From: Antedon mediterranea
Taxonomy: Eukaryota > Animalia > Echinodermata
Reading direction: 5' to 3'
Assembly: GCF_964355755.1 (NCBI RefSeq)
Contig: NC_092675.1
Coordinates: 26,942,912-27,006,911, forward strand
DNA length: 64,000 bases
Shown here in pieces: positions 63,408-64,000 of the stretch. A program made the translations under genes and the position numbers. How positions within the stretch are numbered: position 1 is the stretch's first letter; every line of letters begins with the position of its first letter. The notes under the pieces were generated by a model. That model saw nothing but the letters and a program-made list of their open reading frames with translations, did no database searches and was not told the origin of the DNA.

Positions 63408-64000
63408 ATGCCGGTCTACATAAAGCTTAACATGATACAGTATTTACTCTTATGACGATCGTATTAGCTTATAGGTTCTTAAGTAACCAGATATGAATAT
63501 TATCTACTTAAGTACTCGACTTCCATATGTACAATTAATCGTAATGTTCAATTTTGATAAATAACTTTTTATTTGACATAACTTGTTTCTTGTTTTAATT
63601 ACTTTTCGTTATTTATTTATTTTATTTCAACAATATTAATACAGGCCATCAATGTTGTAAATTAATTATTAATTTGATCTCGTTACTTTTTATTTGTTGG
63701 ATTGAGATCACGGTACAGCATAATAGTTCCATTTTAAAGTACTTACAATGTTGGACTACACAACGTTAAATATATAAATGTATAAAATATTAATAATGAT
63801 ACCTTACTAATTATACATAAATAGACGGACATTTGGGTTATATCCTAACTAAACTAAGTAACTGAAATAGGTTTACAAATAGACCACCATAATCTTTTCA
63901 ATTTACGGCAACATGTTTGCTTAATAGGCCTAATGGTTCTTTCTTTTCTGTCACTTCTTTCTTACAAAATTATTTTTTCTTTCTTCCTTTCTTTTGACTT

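Overview
AT-rich, intron-containing eukaryotic (invertebrate-looking, possibly echinoderm) DNA. 1-10.7 kb holds the 3' 15 exons of an ADAMTS2/3/14-like metalloprotease. From 11.3 kb to the window end lies a tandem cluster of eight paralogous 3-exon genes (three on -, five on +; one with an in-frame stop) plus one 5' relic. They encode secreted pre-pro-proteins whose C-terminal domain resembles the neurotrophin/Spaetzle cystine-knot family (e.g. KQLFYESTC and FKQTFQEYKC versus NGF FKQYFFETKC). All eight lack the terminal CxC of the knot and instead carry an internal CxC, suggesting a rewired neurotrophin-like ligand family; this is the main candidate novel system. The cluster also contains a small secreted single-MAM-domain gene, an internally deleted Ngaro/PAT-type tyrosine-recombinase element with split direct repeats (33.4-45.3 kb) that carries a nested stack of five Helentron/DINE-like elements, LINE and SINE fragments, MITEs and minisatellites. 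All gene models were assembled by hand from splice sites and reading-frame continuity; no database searches were run.
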